The notes below the pieces were generated by a model. That model did not search any database. It saw only the letters and a list, made by a program, of their open reading frames with translations, and had not been told where the DNA came from. From Octopus vulgaris (Eukaryota): 64,000 bases of DNA. Below, piece by piece: positions 26,263 to 40,400 of this stretch (position 1 is the stretch's first letter; every line of letters starts with the position of its first letter). The translations under genes were made by a program, and so were the position numbers. The stretch covers positions 31,930,001-31,994,000 of the forward strand of contig OX597831.1 in assembly GCA_951406725.2 (NCBI GenBank). The letters run 5' to 3'.

Positions 26263-29200
26263 TCACGGAGTGGTTGGCGTTAGGAAGGGCATCCAGCCGT
26301 AGAAACACTGCCAAATCTGACTGGGCCTGATGAAGCCTTCTGGCTTCACAGACCCCAGTTAAACCGTCCAACCCATGCTAGCATGGAAAACGGACGCTAA
26401 ATGATGATGATGATGATGATGCACACAAATACACATTTAATCTCCCCATTCTACAACATTTTTCAGAAAATTACCAATTTAAATTTAGTAATTTAACATG
26501 TTGATGTTTTTTTCTTTTTTTTTTTTCAATTTCTTTTATAGATACCATTTGTTACAGAGTGTGGAACTGACAAAATTTGTTACAGTGAATTAGTTCCAAA
26601 TCTCCAAATTGTAGACCCTCAAACGAATGATATTTTGGTTATCGGAGAGACTGCTATGTTCGAAGTCAGAGTTACAGTTCGTAATGCAAGGGAGCCTGCA
26701 TACCAGCCTATTGGTACCTTAAGATACCCTCTCTATGTACAATACATCCCTAACTCTGCTACAAATGGTGTCAACTGTTCTGCTGAATCTATTGTCTTAT
26801 TTGGTGAAGAAAAGAACAAAGTTGTTAGATGCGATCTGAAGAATCCTATAAGAAAAGAAGATTTCTCTTACAACATGACATTTGTGATTGAAGAAGAACA
26901 TTTGAAGTTTGGTATGTTCCCAATAAAGTTCTCAGTCACATCTCAAAGTGAAGAAATGTGCAACAAAAATGATGCTATGAAATTAACAGTGAAAATGAGG
27001 AAAAGGGCACAGCTACTTCTCTCTGGGTAAGTATTGAAATATAATTCTAATTACTTTGCACTTATTATTATTATTTAAGGCGGCGAGCTGGCAGAAATGT
27101 TAGCATGCCAGGCAAAATGCTTAGCGGTATTTCGTCTGCCGCTACATTCTGAGTTCAAATTCCGCCGAGGTCAACTTTGCCTTTCATCTTTCCGGGGTCA
27201 ATTAAATAAGTACCAGTTACGCATTGGGGTCGATGTAATTGACTTATATCACCCCCGTTTGTCTGTCCTTGTTTGTCCCCTCTGTGTTTAGCCCCTTGTG
27301 GGTAGTAAAGAAATAGGTATTTCACCCATCACTATGTTCTGAGTTCAAATTCCACCGAGGTCAACTATGCCTTTCATCCTTTCGGGGTCAATAAATCAAG
27401 TACCAGTTGAGTACTGGGGGGGGGGGGTAATGAGATCAACTGTCCCACTCCCCACAAAATCAAGGCCTTGTGCCTAAAGTAGAAAGGATTATTATTATTA
27501 TTATTGGGTGAGAAAACAGTGCATGCCATCAAAGTGACACTGGGGTAAAATATATGAAGCCTAGTATACCCATCATGACTACCCAGGTACATGCATCAGA
27601 ACTATATGTGCACGACATGGTGATCGCATCATCATCATTTAACATCCGTTTTCCATGCTGGCATAGGTTGGATGGTTTCACTAAGGTCTGTTAAGCTGGT
27701 GGCTGCACTAGGCTCCAATCTGATCTGGCAATGTTTCTACAGTTGGATGCCCTTCCTAACGCCAATCACTCCAAGAGTGTAGTGGGTGCTTTTTATGTGC
27801 CACTGGCACAGGAGCCAGTCAGGTGGGCGTGGCATGGATCATGTTCAGATAGTGCTTTTATGTGCCATTGGCATGGGGGCCAGTCAGAGAATACTGGCAT
27901 CAGCCACATCTGGATGGTGCTTTTTACATGCCATTGGCATAGGGACTAGTCAGGTGGTCCTGGCGTCGATCATGTTCGGATAGTACTTTTTATGTGCCAC
28001 CGACATGGGAGCCAGTCAGTGGGTACTGGCATCGGTCACATTTGGATGGTGCTTTTTATGTGCCACCGGCATGGGAGCCAGTCAGGCAGACCTGGCATCG
28101 ACAACGTTTGGATGGCGCTTTTTACATGCCACTGGTTCCTTCCGCAGTTAGGGAGTGGCACTTCCGCACACAGCTGTCCTCTTCTATATATAACACATGA
28201 CCATACCAGCGCAGTCGTCATTCTTGCATACCACATTTGATGTTTCTTATGCCCAACTTTTTCTCTCAGGGTGCTTACACTCTGTCATGTATACACACTG
28301 ACATTACACATCCAGTGAATCATACTAGCTTCATTTCTTTCAAGCCTACGCATATGGCAGTCATGGCCCATGTTTCACTGCCGTGTAGCATGGTTGTTCT
28401 CATACATGCATCATACTGTCTACCTTTCAATCTGAGCGAGTGGCTCTTAGTTGCCAGCAGAGGTAAGAGCCTCTGCTGGTAACTAAAGGTAGAATTTTCT
28501 TCAGGTTGAGAATCCCATCCTGTTCAAAAGGTCTCTGAATAAGGGTTGTTTAAGGATGTTGAATGAAACACCCATGTTTCTGGAGGTGATTTATCCAAAC
28601 CCCAAAGAATTCCTTTCAACACATGTCTATGATGCTCCCCTACTATTTCTGCTCATCATCAGAGATGCACATATCGTCAGCCACTAAGGAACATGCTCAA
28701 CTGATTAAGGTCAAACAACTGACAAGCAAATCTGTGGTATTGAGCAGAATATTTGCTGTAGTCCATCTTTTATACCAAGACAAAACAATGTACATGATAA
28801 GACTTCCAATCAGTTAAGATCAGAAGCCATGAGTCTGGTACTGCATCAGGGCAATTATTTATCATCATCATCATTTAATGTCCGTTGTCCATGCTGGCAT
28901 GAGTTAGACAGTTTGACCAGGGCTGATAAGCTGGAAGGCTGCACTGGACTCCAGTCTGATTTGGTATGGTTTTCTACAGCTGGATGCCCTTCCTAATGCC
29001 AACCACTCTAAGAGTGTAATGGGTTCTTTTACATGCCACCAGCACAGGTGCCATTTGCATGACACCAGTATCTGCCATGACTGCTATTTTGCTCAGCTTC
29101 ATAGGTTTTCTTCTCAAGCAAGACATAATGCCAAAGGTCTCAGTCATTGCCTCCGTGAGGTCCAACACTCAAAAGGTGCTCTTTATGTGCCAGTTACATG

Positions 29201-32200
29201 ACACCAGCATCAGCCATGACTATGATTTCACTTGGCTTGATGGGTCTTCTCAAGCACAGTATATCACCAAAAGCCTCGGTCACCAGTCATTGCCTCTGTG
29301 AGGCTCAAAGCTCGAAGATCATGCTTCACTACTTCATCCTGTCTTCCTGGGTCTACCTCTACCACAGGTTACCTCCACAGTTAGAGATTGGCACTTCTTT
29401 ACTTTGCTGTCCTTGTCCATATGCATAACATGACCATACCATTGTAGTTGTCTCTCTAGCACATGACCATATTATTTTCCTTCTTTAGTTCAACTGCATA
29501 ATAATTTCAAATAGAAGTGTATTAGTTGTACATTTTCAATATATATATACTGTTGGGAAGAATGTATGGTTACCTCGGGAACTAAATTAGTAGTGGGCAA
29601 GGATGTACAGAGAGTGTAATAGCTAGAAAATTTCTGCTACCCAGGGAACCAAATTAGTAGTGGGGGAGGATGTATGTAGAGTGTAATAGCTAGCATAAGG
29701 ATAGGATGGAGCAAATTCAGAGAGTTTTTACCTCTGTTAGTGACCAAAGGCCTCTCTCTCTCTCTCTGAGTGAAAGAAAGATTGCATGATGCATGCATAT
29801 GAACAACAATTCTACATGGTAGTGAGACATAGACCCTAATGCAGTGGAATTATAAGTTGGAGGTTCCATTGGTCAAACAACTGAAACACTTGGACATCCA
29901 AATTGACCAGAAAGTCCACTGAAGTATAGCCATGTGGTCAGATAGTTTGGTTTGCGATCATGTGGGCCTAGGTTTGATTTCACCATGCAGCACCTTGAGC
30001 AGGTGACCTCTAACAGGTGTCTTAGACTGACCAATACTTCGTAAGGTGGTTCTGGTAGAGGGGAAACTGTGTAGAAGCCTCTGTGTGTGTGTGTGTATGT
30101 GTATTTTTGCATGTACAGGTAAAAAGCAGTATATTGACCCTCTCCTTTTTTGCCAAAAGGTAACTGAGACATCAGAGAACCATGGTAGGTTGGTACCAAA
30201 AGGATTGAATTGTTTTTGTAAAATATTCTTTTTATTTATGCTATTGTGATAAAATGCAAATGAAGAAATGGTTGACAGAATCATTAGAGCAGCAGACAAA
30301 GTGCCTTACAAATTTTAGTTCTACTTTATGCACTGACTTCATATCCTGTTGAGGTCAGCTACACCTTTCACCATTCTGGGATTGATAAAAAAAAACCATC
30401 AGCCAATTACTGGAGAAGATGTAACCAAATGTTCTGCTCTCCCAAATCTTAAGCCCTTATTAGAAAATAGGGAATGACAAAATAAGTGCCAAAGTGAAAT
30501 TAGTATCATGGTTGATATAATTGATCAAAACTCTTGCATGGCCTCTATCCAGTGAATGAGGCTAACAAGGGAAGGGTATGTGTGAGAGTGAGTGAATGCT
30601 TGAGAGAGTGTGTGTGAGTGTGCATGTGCGAGACTGTGTGCATGAGAATGCATGCACATGGAAATTGCAGATGTGTTACCAGTGCCGGTGGCATGTAAGA
30701 GAACCAGCCGTTCGTGACCGTTGCCAGCGCCGCCCCGACTGGCCTCGTGCCGGTGGCATGTAAAAAGCACCATCCGTTCGTGTCCGTTGCCAGCCTCGCC
30801 GGGCCCCCGTGCCGGTGGCACATAAAAGCACCATCCGTTCATGGCCGTTTGCCAGCTCTGTCTGGCACCTGTGCGGGTGGCACGTAAAAAGCACCCACTA
30901 CACTCACGGAGTGGTTGGCGTTAGGAAGGGCATCCAGCCGTAGAAACACTGCCAGATCTGACACAGACCCCAGTTGAACCGTCCAATCCATGCTAGCATG
31001 GAAAACGGACGCTAAACGATGATGTGTGAGAGTGCATGTGTCTGTGAGAGTGTATGCATGTGTGTATGTGAGAATGCATGTATGCATAAGAGAGTGCATA
31101 GTATGCTGTGGGTAACAAACCCAAATCTGATGGTAAACCTGAAGAAAGTGAAATAAAACTAAACAAGAACAAGAAAGTAATTTTAGTTTGTGTCTTTCTA
31201 CAGGTCATCGGAACCCGCATTCATTGTAGTCAGTGATAAAAGAAATAAAAATTCAGGAATACGAAGTGTTGCACATAAATATGTTTTCTATAATAAAGGA
31301 CCAAGTGACATCACAAAAGTCTGGTTTTCTGGGAGTGTGAAAACCATCTATCAGGAGATCAAAAGGAAATCTGTAAGAATTGTTGTAAATGCTACTTTGA
31401 AGGTAAGAAAATGGATTCATTGATGAAAGTACAACCATTGCATGTCGTGTGTGCATGCATTTGCATATGCATCCACACACGGATATTTTGCATTTACACA
31501 AGCATACACTAACAGACACATACACACACACATACACATTGGTGAAAGCATGGCTGTGTGGTAGGAAGTTTACTTCACAATTACATAGTTCTGGGTTCAA
31601 TCCCGATGCACAGTACTTTGGGCAATTGCCTTCTCCAATAGCCTCAAGCTTGTGAACAAAATTTGGTTAACAAACTGTGTAGCAGGCCAGTGTGTGTGTG
31701 TCTTTGATTATGGTTGTTTCCACATAACATGGAGAACACATTCCATGAACATTAATATGGTTGTTTCAACCCATGCCAGCATGGAAAATGGATATTAAAT
31801 GATGATGAGAAATGAACTCATATTATTATACATTTCTTTTTCAATGTAAGCCCTGTGCATTTCTTCAGAGAGCTTGCTTCCCAACCACACAGTTCTAGGT
31901 TCAGTGCTACTGCATGGAAGCTTGAGCAAGTATCTTCTACTACTATAGCCTTGGGCCAATCAAAGCTTTGTGAGTGGATTTGGTAGAAGAAAACTGAAAG
32001 AACCCCACTGTGTATGTGTGTGCGTGTGTAAAAAAAAATAAGTACTAGGGTTGATTCATTTGACTAAAAATTCTTCAGGGTGTTACCCCAGCATGGCCAC
32101 AGCCTAATGACTGCAACAAGAAATAATTTACATACAAACAACATACCTCAACATTTAATGCCTGTTTTCCATGCTGGTATGGGTTGGATGGCTTGATAGG

Positions 32201-33609
32201 AACTGGCAAGGCCAGTGGGGCACACCATGCTCGATTGCTTTGGAATAGTTTCTACAGCTTGATGCCCTTCCTAATGCCTACCATTCTACAGAGTGTACTG
32301 GGTGTTTTTCACATGGCACCAGCACTCGCACCAGTGCTTTTCACAATTCCTATCACTATCTCTAACCTCAGTATCACCTGTTATCACCTGTCGTCTCCTA
32401 TAAATCCTATCAATGCTGTTTCTCCCTTCACACTCTCATTCCATTTATACCTTGTCTTATATATCTAAGACAAGGTAGTCTTTGTTCATTCAATCATGTT
32501 ACCTTGAATGAACAGACACCCTGTAGAAACAACTCAGTAGTCTTGAAGAGTACAAAACAACCATAATAGAGTTAAGGCCACAATAAAATATACCCAGCAC
32601 ATATTGTAAAGTGGCTAGCAAACAGAGACAGCATAAGGTTGAGAAGACCTTTAATCCTTCCGTTACCATATTTCTATTGAGATGCTCTGTGTTTCTTTCA
32701 ATTAATTTTAAATATAACAAAGAATTTAGTAAAATAACGTAGTTATCATTAAGCAAGTTTTAGGAACATAAATTGTGACTAAGGTTTAGTGGAAAATTTT
32801 AATTCAGAACTTATGAAAACAAAACATTTGTACTACAGAGCCAGAGGCAGTTTCAGACAAATTGGTATCAAAACGGTTAAAAATATCACGGTGACTTTAA
32901 CCCTTTTGTTATCATATTTCTGTTGAGATGCTCTGTTTTTCTTTCAATTAATTTTAAATATAACAAAGAATTTAGTAAAATAACTTAGTTATCATTAAGC
33001 AAGTGTTAGGAACATAAATTGTGACCCAGGTTTGGTGGAAAATTTTAATTCAGAACTTATGAAAACGAGACATTTGTACTACAGAGCCAGAGGCGGTTTC
33101 AGATAAATTGGTATCAAAAGCATTAAGTCTGTTTGAAGATATGATGGCTTAAATAGTTTTAGTGTCATGATAAAATGTCCTCTGTAGACATTGTAAAAGG
33201 GTTGGTGTTTGGAAAGGCAATCAGTCATAGAAACCATGCCTGAAAAATTAATTATTTTGAGCAACACATAGTCTTCCAAACAGTCTAGGAGGACAGTAAC
33301 TCTAAAAAAGAAATGAATCTGTGATGACCCATCCAACGCCTGTCAGCATTAAAAGCAGATGTAAAAAGCTGATGATGCACACACACACACACACATATTC
33401 TTTTAGTCTTTTACTTGTTTTAGGCAATTGTTTGTGGCCATGCTGGAGCACCGCCTTTAGTTGAACAAATTAACCCCAGGATTTATTCTTTGCAAGCCTA
33501 AAACTTATTCTATCAGTCTCTTTTGCCGAGCTGTTAAGTTACAGGGGATATTAACACCAGCATGGGTTGGTAATCAATGGCGGGAGGACAAACACAGACA
33601 GACACACAC

Positions 33610-33654
<45 letters not shown>

Positions 33655-36600
33655 ATGTGCTTCTTTCAGTCTCTGTCTACTAAATCCACTCACAAGGCTT
33701 TGATCGGCCTATGTATATTATAGAAGACACTTGACCAAGGTGCCACACTGTGGGGCTGAACCTGGAAATGTATGGTTTGGAAGCACGCTTCTAACCACAA
33801 AAATCATCATCATTTATGTTTCATTATTTGTTTTTCATTGGAGGTATTGGTTTGTCAAGTTTGCAGACTGGTGTATCATCATTCTTCTTGATCACCTTTA
33901 TGAGATCCAACACCACAAAATCCAACCTCACTACTTTTACCCATGTCTTCTTTCTTTTACCCATATCATCTTTCTTTTGCCCACGTCCCATGTCATCGTT
34001 CTTTTGCCCGTGTCATCTTTCTTTTGCCCATGTCATCTTTCTTTTGCCCATGTCATCTTTCCAATGTCGACTTCGACACTTATTGCCACAACACATCAAA
34101 TCTAGTGGCAATATGAAACTGTATTGATAACATTTGTGTTATTCTTCTTCAGCTCACTCAAAAAGAAAAACATCCACTACTAAGTTGTAATGAGGTAAGT
34201 TTTTCTGTACCTCTTCAAACCTACATTCAAACAAAAAAGAAAAAAAAAAGTAGAAAAAAAATATAAAACTTTCCAGTTGTTTAATGGTAAATAATCTTAC
34301 AATGGTGAAAGAGTAACCTGTCTTTGGCCAAACCATGAAATTAACATGTTTACAATCTTAATAATTAAAACCATTTTTACTAATTATTATAAGGTATTAT
34401 CACAAAATGCAGCAGAGATGGGAGAGAGGGAAAGCCATTATTTTAGATATGCAGTCATGGAATGGTTAAAAAGAGTACTGATACAAGAATTAACCCTTTA
34501 GCATTTAAACTGGTCAAATCCAGTCCAAATATTCTACCTGTTTTATGTTCAAACTAGCCACATCTGGCATCTCACTCTTACCCTGCAATGTCATTCAAAA
34601 AAATTAAACAATCACATCATCAAAATCTTGAAGCTATGAGATAATCCAGGATTAACTCAAAACATTGTGAATAAACAAGTATTACATTTCACAGAGTAAT
34701 CTGAATGCTGGGGGGTTAAATAACCACTGAGAATATTCACTGCTATAACAGAAACATTGTAACGTTGTCCTTCTCCTACATAGTGAAATTAATGTGATCA
34801 GTACCCAACCACGGGAAGTAAAACTGTAGCCTAGGACAAAATGGGGACTGGATTTCAACGCTTGCATCTGGCTGTAGAAAATCTTCCTTGACATATTCCA
34901 TCTCACTCATGCATGCATGGAAAAGTGGACGTTAGAACGATGCTGACAACTCTGGGGTCCTTGCTTAACTTTTGGTATTCAAAAACTTACTGTTGCATAA
35001 AATAGGATAGGCAGTACAGGGTTGAGACTTGCCTTGGATATAGTCTATGGTGATAGTCTTTAAGTGAGGCCCTACATAAAACCCAGTAGATTAGGGTACA
35101 TGATCATTTACTGATTTAGTAGTTATGAAAAAAATTTCTTTTTTAATATTTTCAGTCGAAGCTGGAGAGAAATCAGGAAGAATTTCGATTCAACTGTGAA
35201 GTACTTAATTTTTCAGCATCTTTATCATTTAATGTAGAAATAATGCTAAAACTTTTCACTCATTTTACAGATTCTGTAAGTATTGACACCTTTGTTATTT
35301 TTCTTGCTTTTTCAATTGTTATTACCATACTTTAATATTGCATTAAAAGCAGGCATTCCTGAAATCATCATCATCATTTAATGTCTGTTTTCCATGCTGG
35401 CATGGGTTGGATGGTTTGACAGGAGCTGTCCAGGCTCTGATTATCTGTTGTGTTATGATTACTATGGCTGAATGCCCTTCCTAATGCAAACCACTTTTGA
35501 GAGTGTGGTAGTTGCTTTTTATGTGCCTCTGGCACACTTGGTGTTTATGCATCACTGGCACATGTGTATCTTATATGGCACTGGCACCCGTAAAGGACAA
35601 GCTTATATGTATGGAGGACAGCGATTTTACTTGGCTTGATGCATCTTATCATGTACAGCAAATCAATGCAACTCCTGGTCCCTTGTCAGTGAGGCCCATC
35701 ATCCGAAGATCCTTTCTCGCCACTTTGTGCCACATCTTCCTGGGTCTACTCCTTCCACAGGTTCCCTCCATGATTAGAGCTCAGCACTTCCTTATGCAGC
35801 TGTCCTCATCAGAAACATTTTTAGAACTCTTGCAATTCCAGGAGTATAAACCAAAATCTCTACATTGGAATATTCTTAAAGGATTTGGGAGCACTAAATC
35901 ACAAAACAATTTGAATTTAGTCTGAGCCAAATATCAGGGGATTTATTCTTACTAGGTGCAAACAAGGCTGTGAGGTTAATAAATTTGTTTCTCAATCATG
36001 TTGTCTGTGGTTGTCTCATTGGTTCCTTGACCACACGGTCCCTAGACCAACCAAAGCTTTGTGAGTGGATTTGGTTGATGGAAACTAAAAGAAGTCGGTC
36101 AGCTATGTGTGTGTGGTAGTGCCACCTTATCTTAACATTGGGTGATAGTTGTAAACAAGTGTTGCTGTTATACAAGTGATGCCATTTGTTTGTTTCTAAC
36201 CATCCATGAAAACATGTTCAGTCATGGGCAAATATTACCTTGGAAACAAGTGAAGTTTGGTGATAAGAAGGGTGTCTGGCTATAAGAAATACACCTCTAT
36301 GAATTCTATCTGACCCATGCAAGCATGGAAAAAATGGACATTAAAATAATGATTTCTGAACCTCTGTATCAAATCCACAACCTCTGCCCCATTTGCTTTT
36401 CTAATTTGATTTGTTAATTAGTTTTCTTCTCCATTACTGAGTTCTTTTATATTTTGAAGCAGAATGACAGCAGAGTTAAGATGTTGGACTTTAAGTCATA
36501 AGTTTATGAGCTAACAATAAAGCAGCTACATGTTTGCTTGAAAACCACATGCTAGAAAAAATAGTCATATCTCCTTCAAATCATATCCTACCGTTCATTT

Positions 36601-37391
36601 AAAAAAAAAAAAAACACATTGGATAATGTACAAAAAAGATGGGATTGTCATGGCAGGAAAGTCTATTGGTCATGGTAGCTCAACTCTTACCAATATTTCT
36701 GGGACAGCAAGCTGGCAGAATCGTTAGCACGCCAGGCAAAATGCTTAACGGTATTTCATCTGCCATTACATTCTAAGTTCAAATTCCATTGAGGTTGACT
36801 TTGCCTTTCATCCTTTCGGGGTCAGTTAAATAAGTACCAGTTACACATTGGGGTCGATGTAATCAACTTAATCCCTTTGTCTGTCCTTGTTTGTCCTTCT
36901 ATGTTTAGCCCCTTGTGGGCAATAAAGAAATAAATATTTCTGGGGCCATTGTACCCTGTCCATATTTTTTTTGTCCATTTTGTTTGTCATTAGACCGTGG
37001 CCATGTTAAGGCACTGCCTTAAAGAATTTAAATGAACAAATTGATCCCATTTACTTATTCTTTTTAAACCAATACTTATTCTAATTGTCTCTTTTGCAAA
37101 ACTGCTCAGTTACGGATGTAAACAAACCAACAATGGTTGTGAAGCTGTGGTAGGGGACAAAGACACACACAATGGGCTCCTTTCAGTTTCAGTCTGCCAA
37201 ATCCATTCACAAGGCTTTGGCTGGTCCAGGGTTATAGAAGCAGACACATGCCCATGGTGCCAAGCAATGGCACTGAACCCAGAACCATGTGGTTTTATCA
37301 CATAACTTGCAACAGTTACCAAAAACTGAATAACAGGTTCCATTCCTGATTTCACAGTTCAGTGGTTGTTGGTAGAGAGAGAGAGAGAGAG

Positions 37392-37435
<44 letters not shown>

Positions 37436-40400
37436 TGTTAAGTAACTTTTGAATTAATACATACAACAAAATATCAGTGATGGGATACAAACCATCTCCA
37501 TTTCTACAAAGTAAAGTCTTTTTTGTTTATTTCTTCTCTGTTTTACATCCATTTTCCAATGTTTGCTTGTGTGTGTGTTGGTGTATCTGTTGTAGCTATT
37601 GTTTTTACTCCTGAATGTCCCCCTCTTTCTGACTAAACACACTTGGCTGTTAATGGAAACCAGTTGGAATCTGGACAGCTCCCTGCATATGTGTATATAT
37701 ATATGTGTGTTTGTGTGTTTGTATGTGTGTATGAATGTACATGTATATATGGATATGTATGTATGTATATGTGTATGTATGTATATATGTATGTATATCA
37801 TCATCGTTTAGTATCCGCTTTCCATGCTAGCATGGGTTGGACGATTCAACTGGGGTCTGGGAAGCCAAAAGGGTGCACCAGGCCCAGTCTGATCTGGCAA
37901 TGTTTCTATGGCTGGATGCCCTTCCTAACACCAACCACTCCGTGAGTGTAGTGGGTGCTTTTTATGTGCCAGACATGGTTGGCAAATGGCCACAATCGGA
38001 TGGTGCTTTTTACGTGCCACCGGCACGAGGCCAGTCAGGGCGGCGCTGGCAATGGCCACGTTTGGATGGTTCTCTTACGTACCACCGGCACTGGTATCAC
38101 AGCTGCAATTTCCATTGATGTTGATCAATTTCGATTTGGATTTGGATTTTCATATTTGTATATATGTGTGTGTATGCATGTATGTGTGTCTGTATGGATG
38201 GATGCAAATATATATGTGTGTACATGTAAAAGTATAAAGGTTAAGAGGCATGTAAGTATATTAGTGTGTGTATATATGAAAGGACACTCCGTCGGTTATG
38301 ACAACAAGGGTCCCAGCTGAAACAATCAATGGAACAGCCTGCTCATGTAATTAACATACAAATGGTTGAGTATTCCACAAACACGTGTACCCTTAATGCA
38401 GTTCTCAGGGAGATTTAGTGTAACACAGAGTGTGACGAGGCTGTCTCTTTGAAATACAGGTACTACTCATTTTAGCCAGCTGAATGGACTGGAGAAGTGC
38501 GAAAATAAATACATCGCTGGGAATTGAACTGAAGACCTCATGATCCTGAGCTGAATGCCCCAACCACTAAGCCATGCACCTTTACGCACACATATATACA
38601 TACATACATATATATATAACGGGAAGCTTTATGAAAATAGACAAAAGACGAAGGCAGGTTTACGGAAATAAACAAAAGACGAAGGCAGGTGGAATACAAA
38701 CAAACAATTGTATTCACACACACAAACATATATATAGGTTAATATTTAAGTGTTGGTTCAAATTCCGCCGAGGTTGACTTTGCCTGTCATCCTTTCGGGG
38801 TTCATAATTTAAGTACCAGTTGCGTACTGGGTCGATTTAATTAACTAGTCCACTTACCCAAAATTTTGTGTCTAGTGCCTAGAGTAGAAACGAATATTTA
38901 AGTGTTAGGTATGTTCCTAATAGTACACCAATAAAGCACATTCACTTTCTATGGCTATCTGGTGTCTCTATCATTTGTTTTATAAAATATATATATATAT
39001 ATATATATATAACCAGTATTACTTTGAATCCCTTTAACAATTCATAATGATGACTTTTATTCCTCTTAATTCTACCTCAGTTCATCTGATTGTATATATT
39101 TATTGTTACTTTTCATAAAAAAAGCCTGTTTTTTTTTTTTTGACATCCAATGTGCATTTTCACTTTTTTTCTTCTTACTTCCCCCATATTTTTTCCACGT
39201 GTAGTTTCTATTATCTTTTTAAAACATATATAAATATATATATATATGTACATATATACCCACACACATGACAGACTTTCATAAATTTCTGCCAACCAAA
39301 TTTACTCTCCAGCTAAAGAAGACACTTGCCCAATATTTTTACAGTGTTTAGTCCAAGATCTATGAGTCTAAATTGGTAACACAAAGCCATTCCAGTATTC
39401 TGTCTCAGAACAGAGTTCCCAATCCCCTCAACCTTGGACTGCAATCTTTTGTTGCGTTTCTGTAGACATTATTCCATGTTGCTTCAATAAACCTGTAACG
39501 AACTTCTTGTGTGATGTGAATATCTTCGTGCACTTTTGGGGTGCACAAAGCAATCACTCTCACTCGTTCGTTAATAATCCAGTTTCTCTACAAGTCAGAA
39601 ACAACAAGACGCAGACGTAAAATATACATATAACTACTTTATTCTCTTTCTTTGTAAACAATAACAATAAGTGTGTTATCTGATGTCCTTGATTCTGGGC
39701 GCGCAAGGCTGAAAGTTAATAGATTGTAATATTTACAATCTTCAGCCCCAAAACAGAAAGGGGTCAAGATGGCGTCGAACAGGGAAGTTGAATGTGGTCG
39801 GCAACAATTTGGTTAAAGGTATTCGGCCGACTGCTGCTATCAACCGGAGAGAATATATGCGTGACCGCCGCCTTCAATCGCTGGATCCCAAGTCGCCGCT
39901 TGCTGCTGCTAGTGGTCAAACGTTCTACGACCCCCCTGCCTCGCTAACTACCACGATAGGCAAGCGGGTCGTGCTTCCGGTGGTTCGCGCATGCGCGAGA
40001 GGGCCCTTCCTTTCTCTGCCTTGGTAAAGGCACCAACACGCACGAAATACAAATAGACGGTGCGCGAGCCTGCGCCATTGCAGGATCACTACAAACCTAA
40101 GCAGAACCAGAAGAATTTGTGAGTGCTTAGTATCAATTGAAATTCACCAATCATACAGAACCATCTTGCTTTTGGATCTTGACTCTGGTTTTCATTTTAG
40201 ATTATTCTATTTATAACTGTTCTCATTTGTTATACTATGGCCATACTGGAGAGAACCACCTTCAAAGGTTTTAGTGATTATATCACCACTATAGTACCTT
40301 GCCTGGTACTTATTTCTTTTCAACCTATGTAAGATGGAAAAGCTATGTCATCTGGGGTATAAAGGGACATAACTAAATATTACAAAGTATTTTTGTTTTT

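Noticed and set aside
39788-40027. 79-aa GC-rich ORF
   Set aside because: Lies inside the solo LTR, has a non-ATG start and no protein motif.
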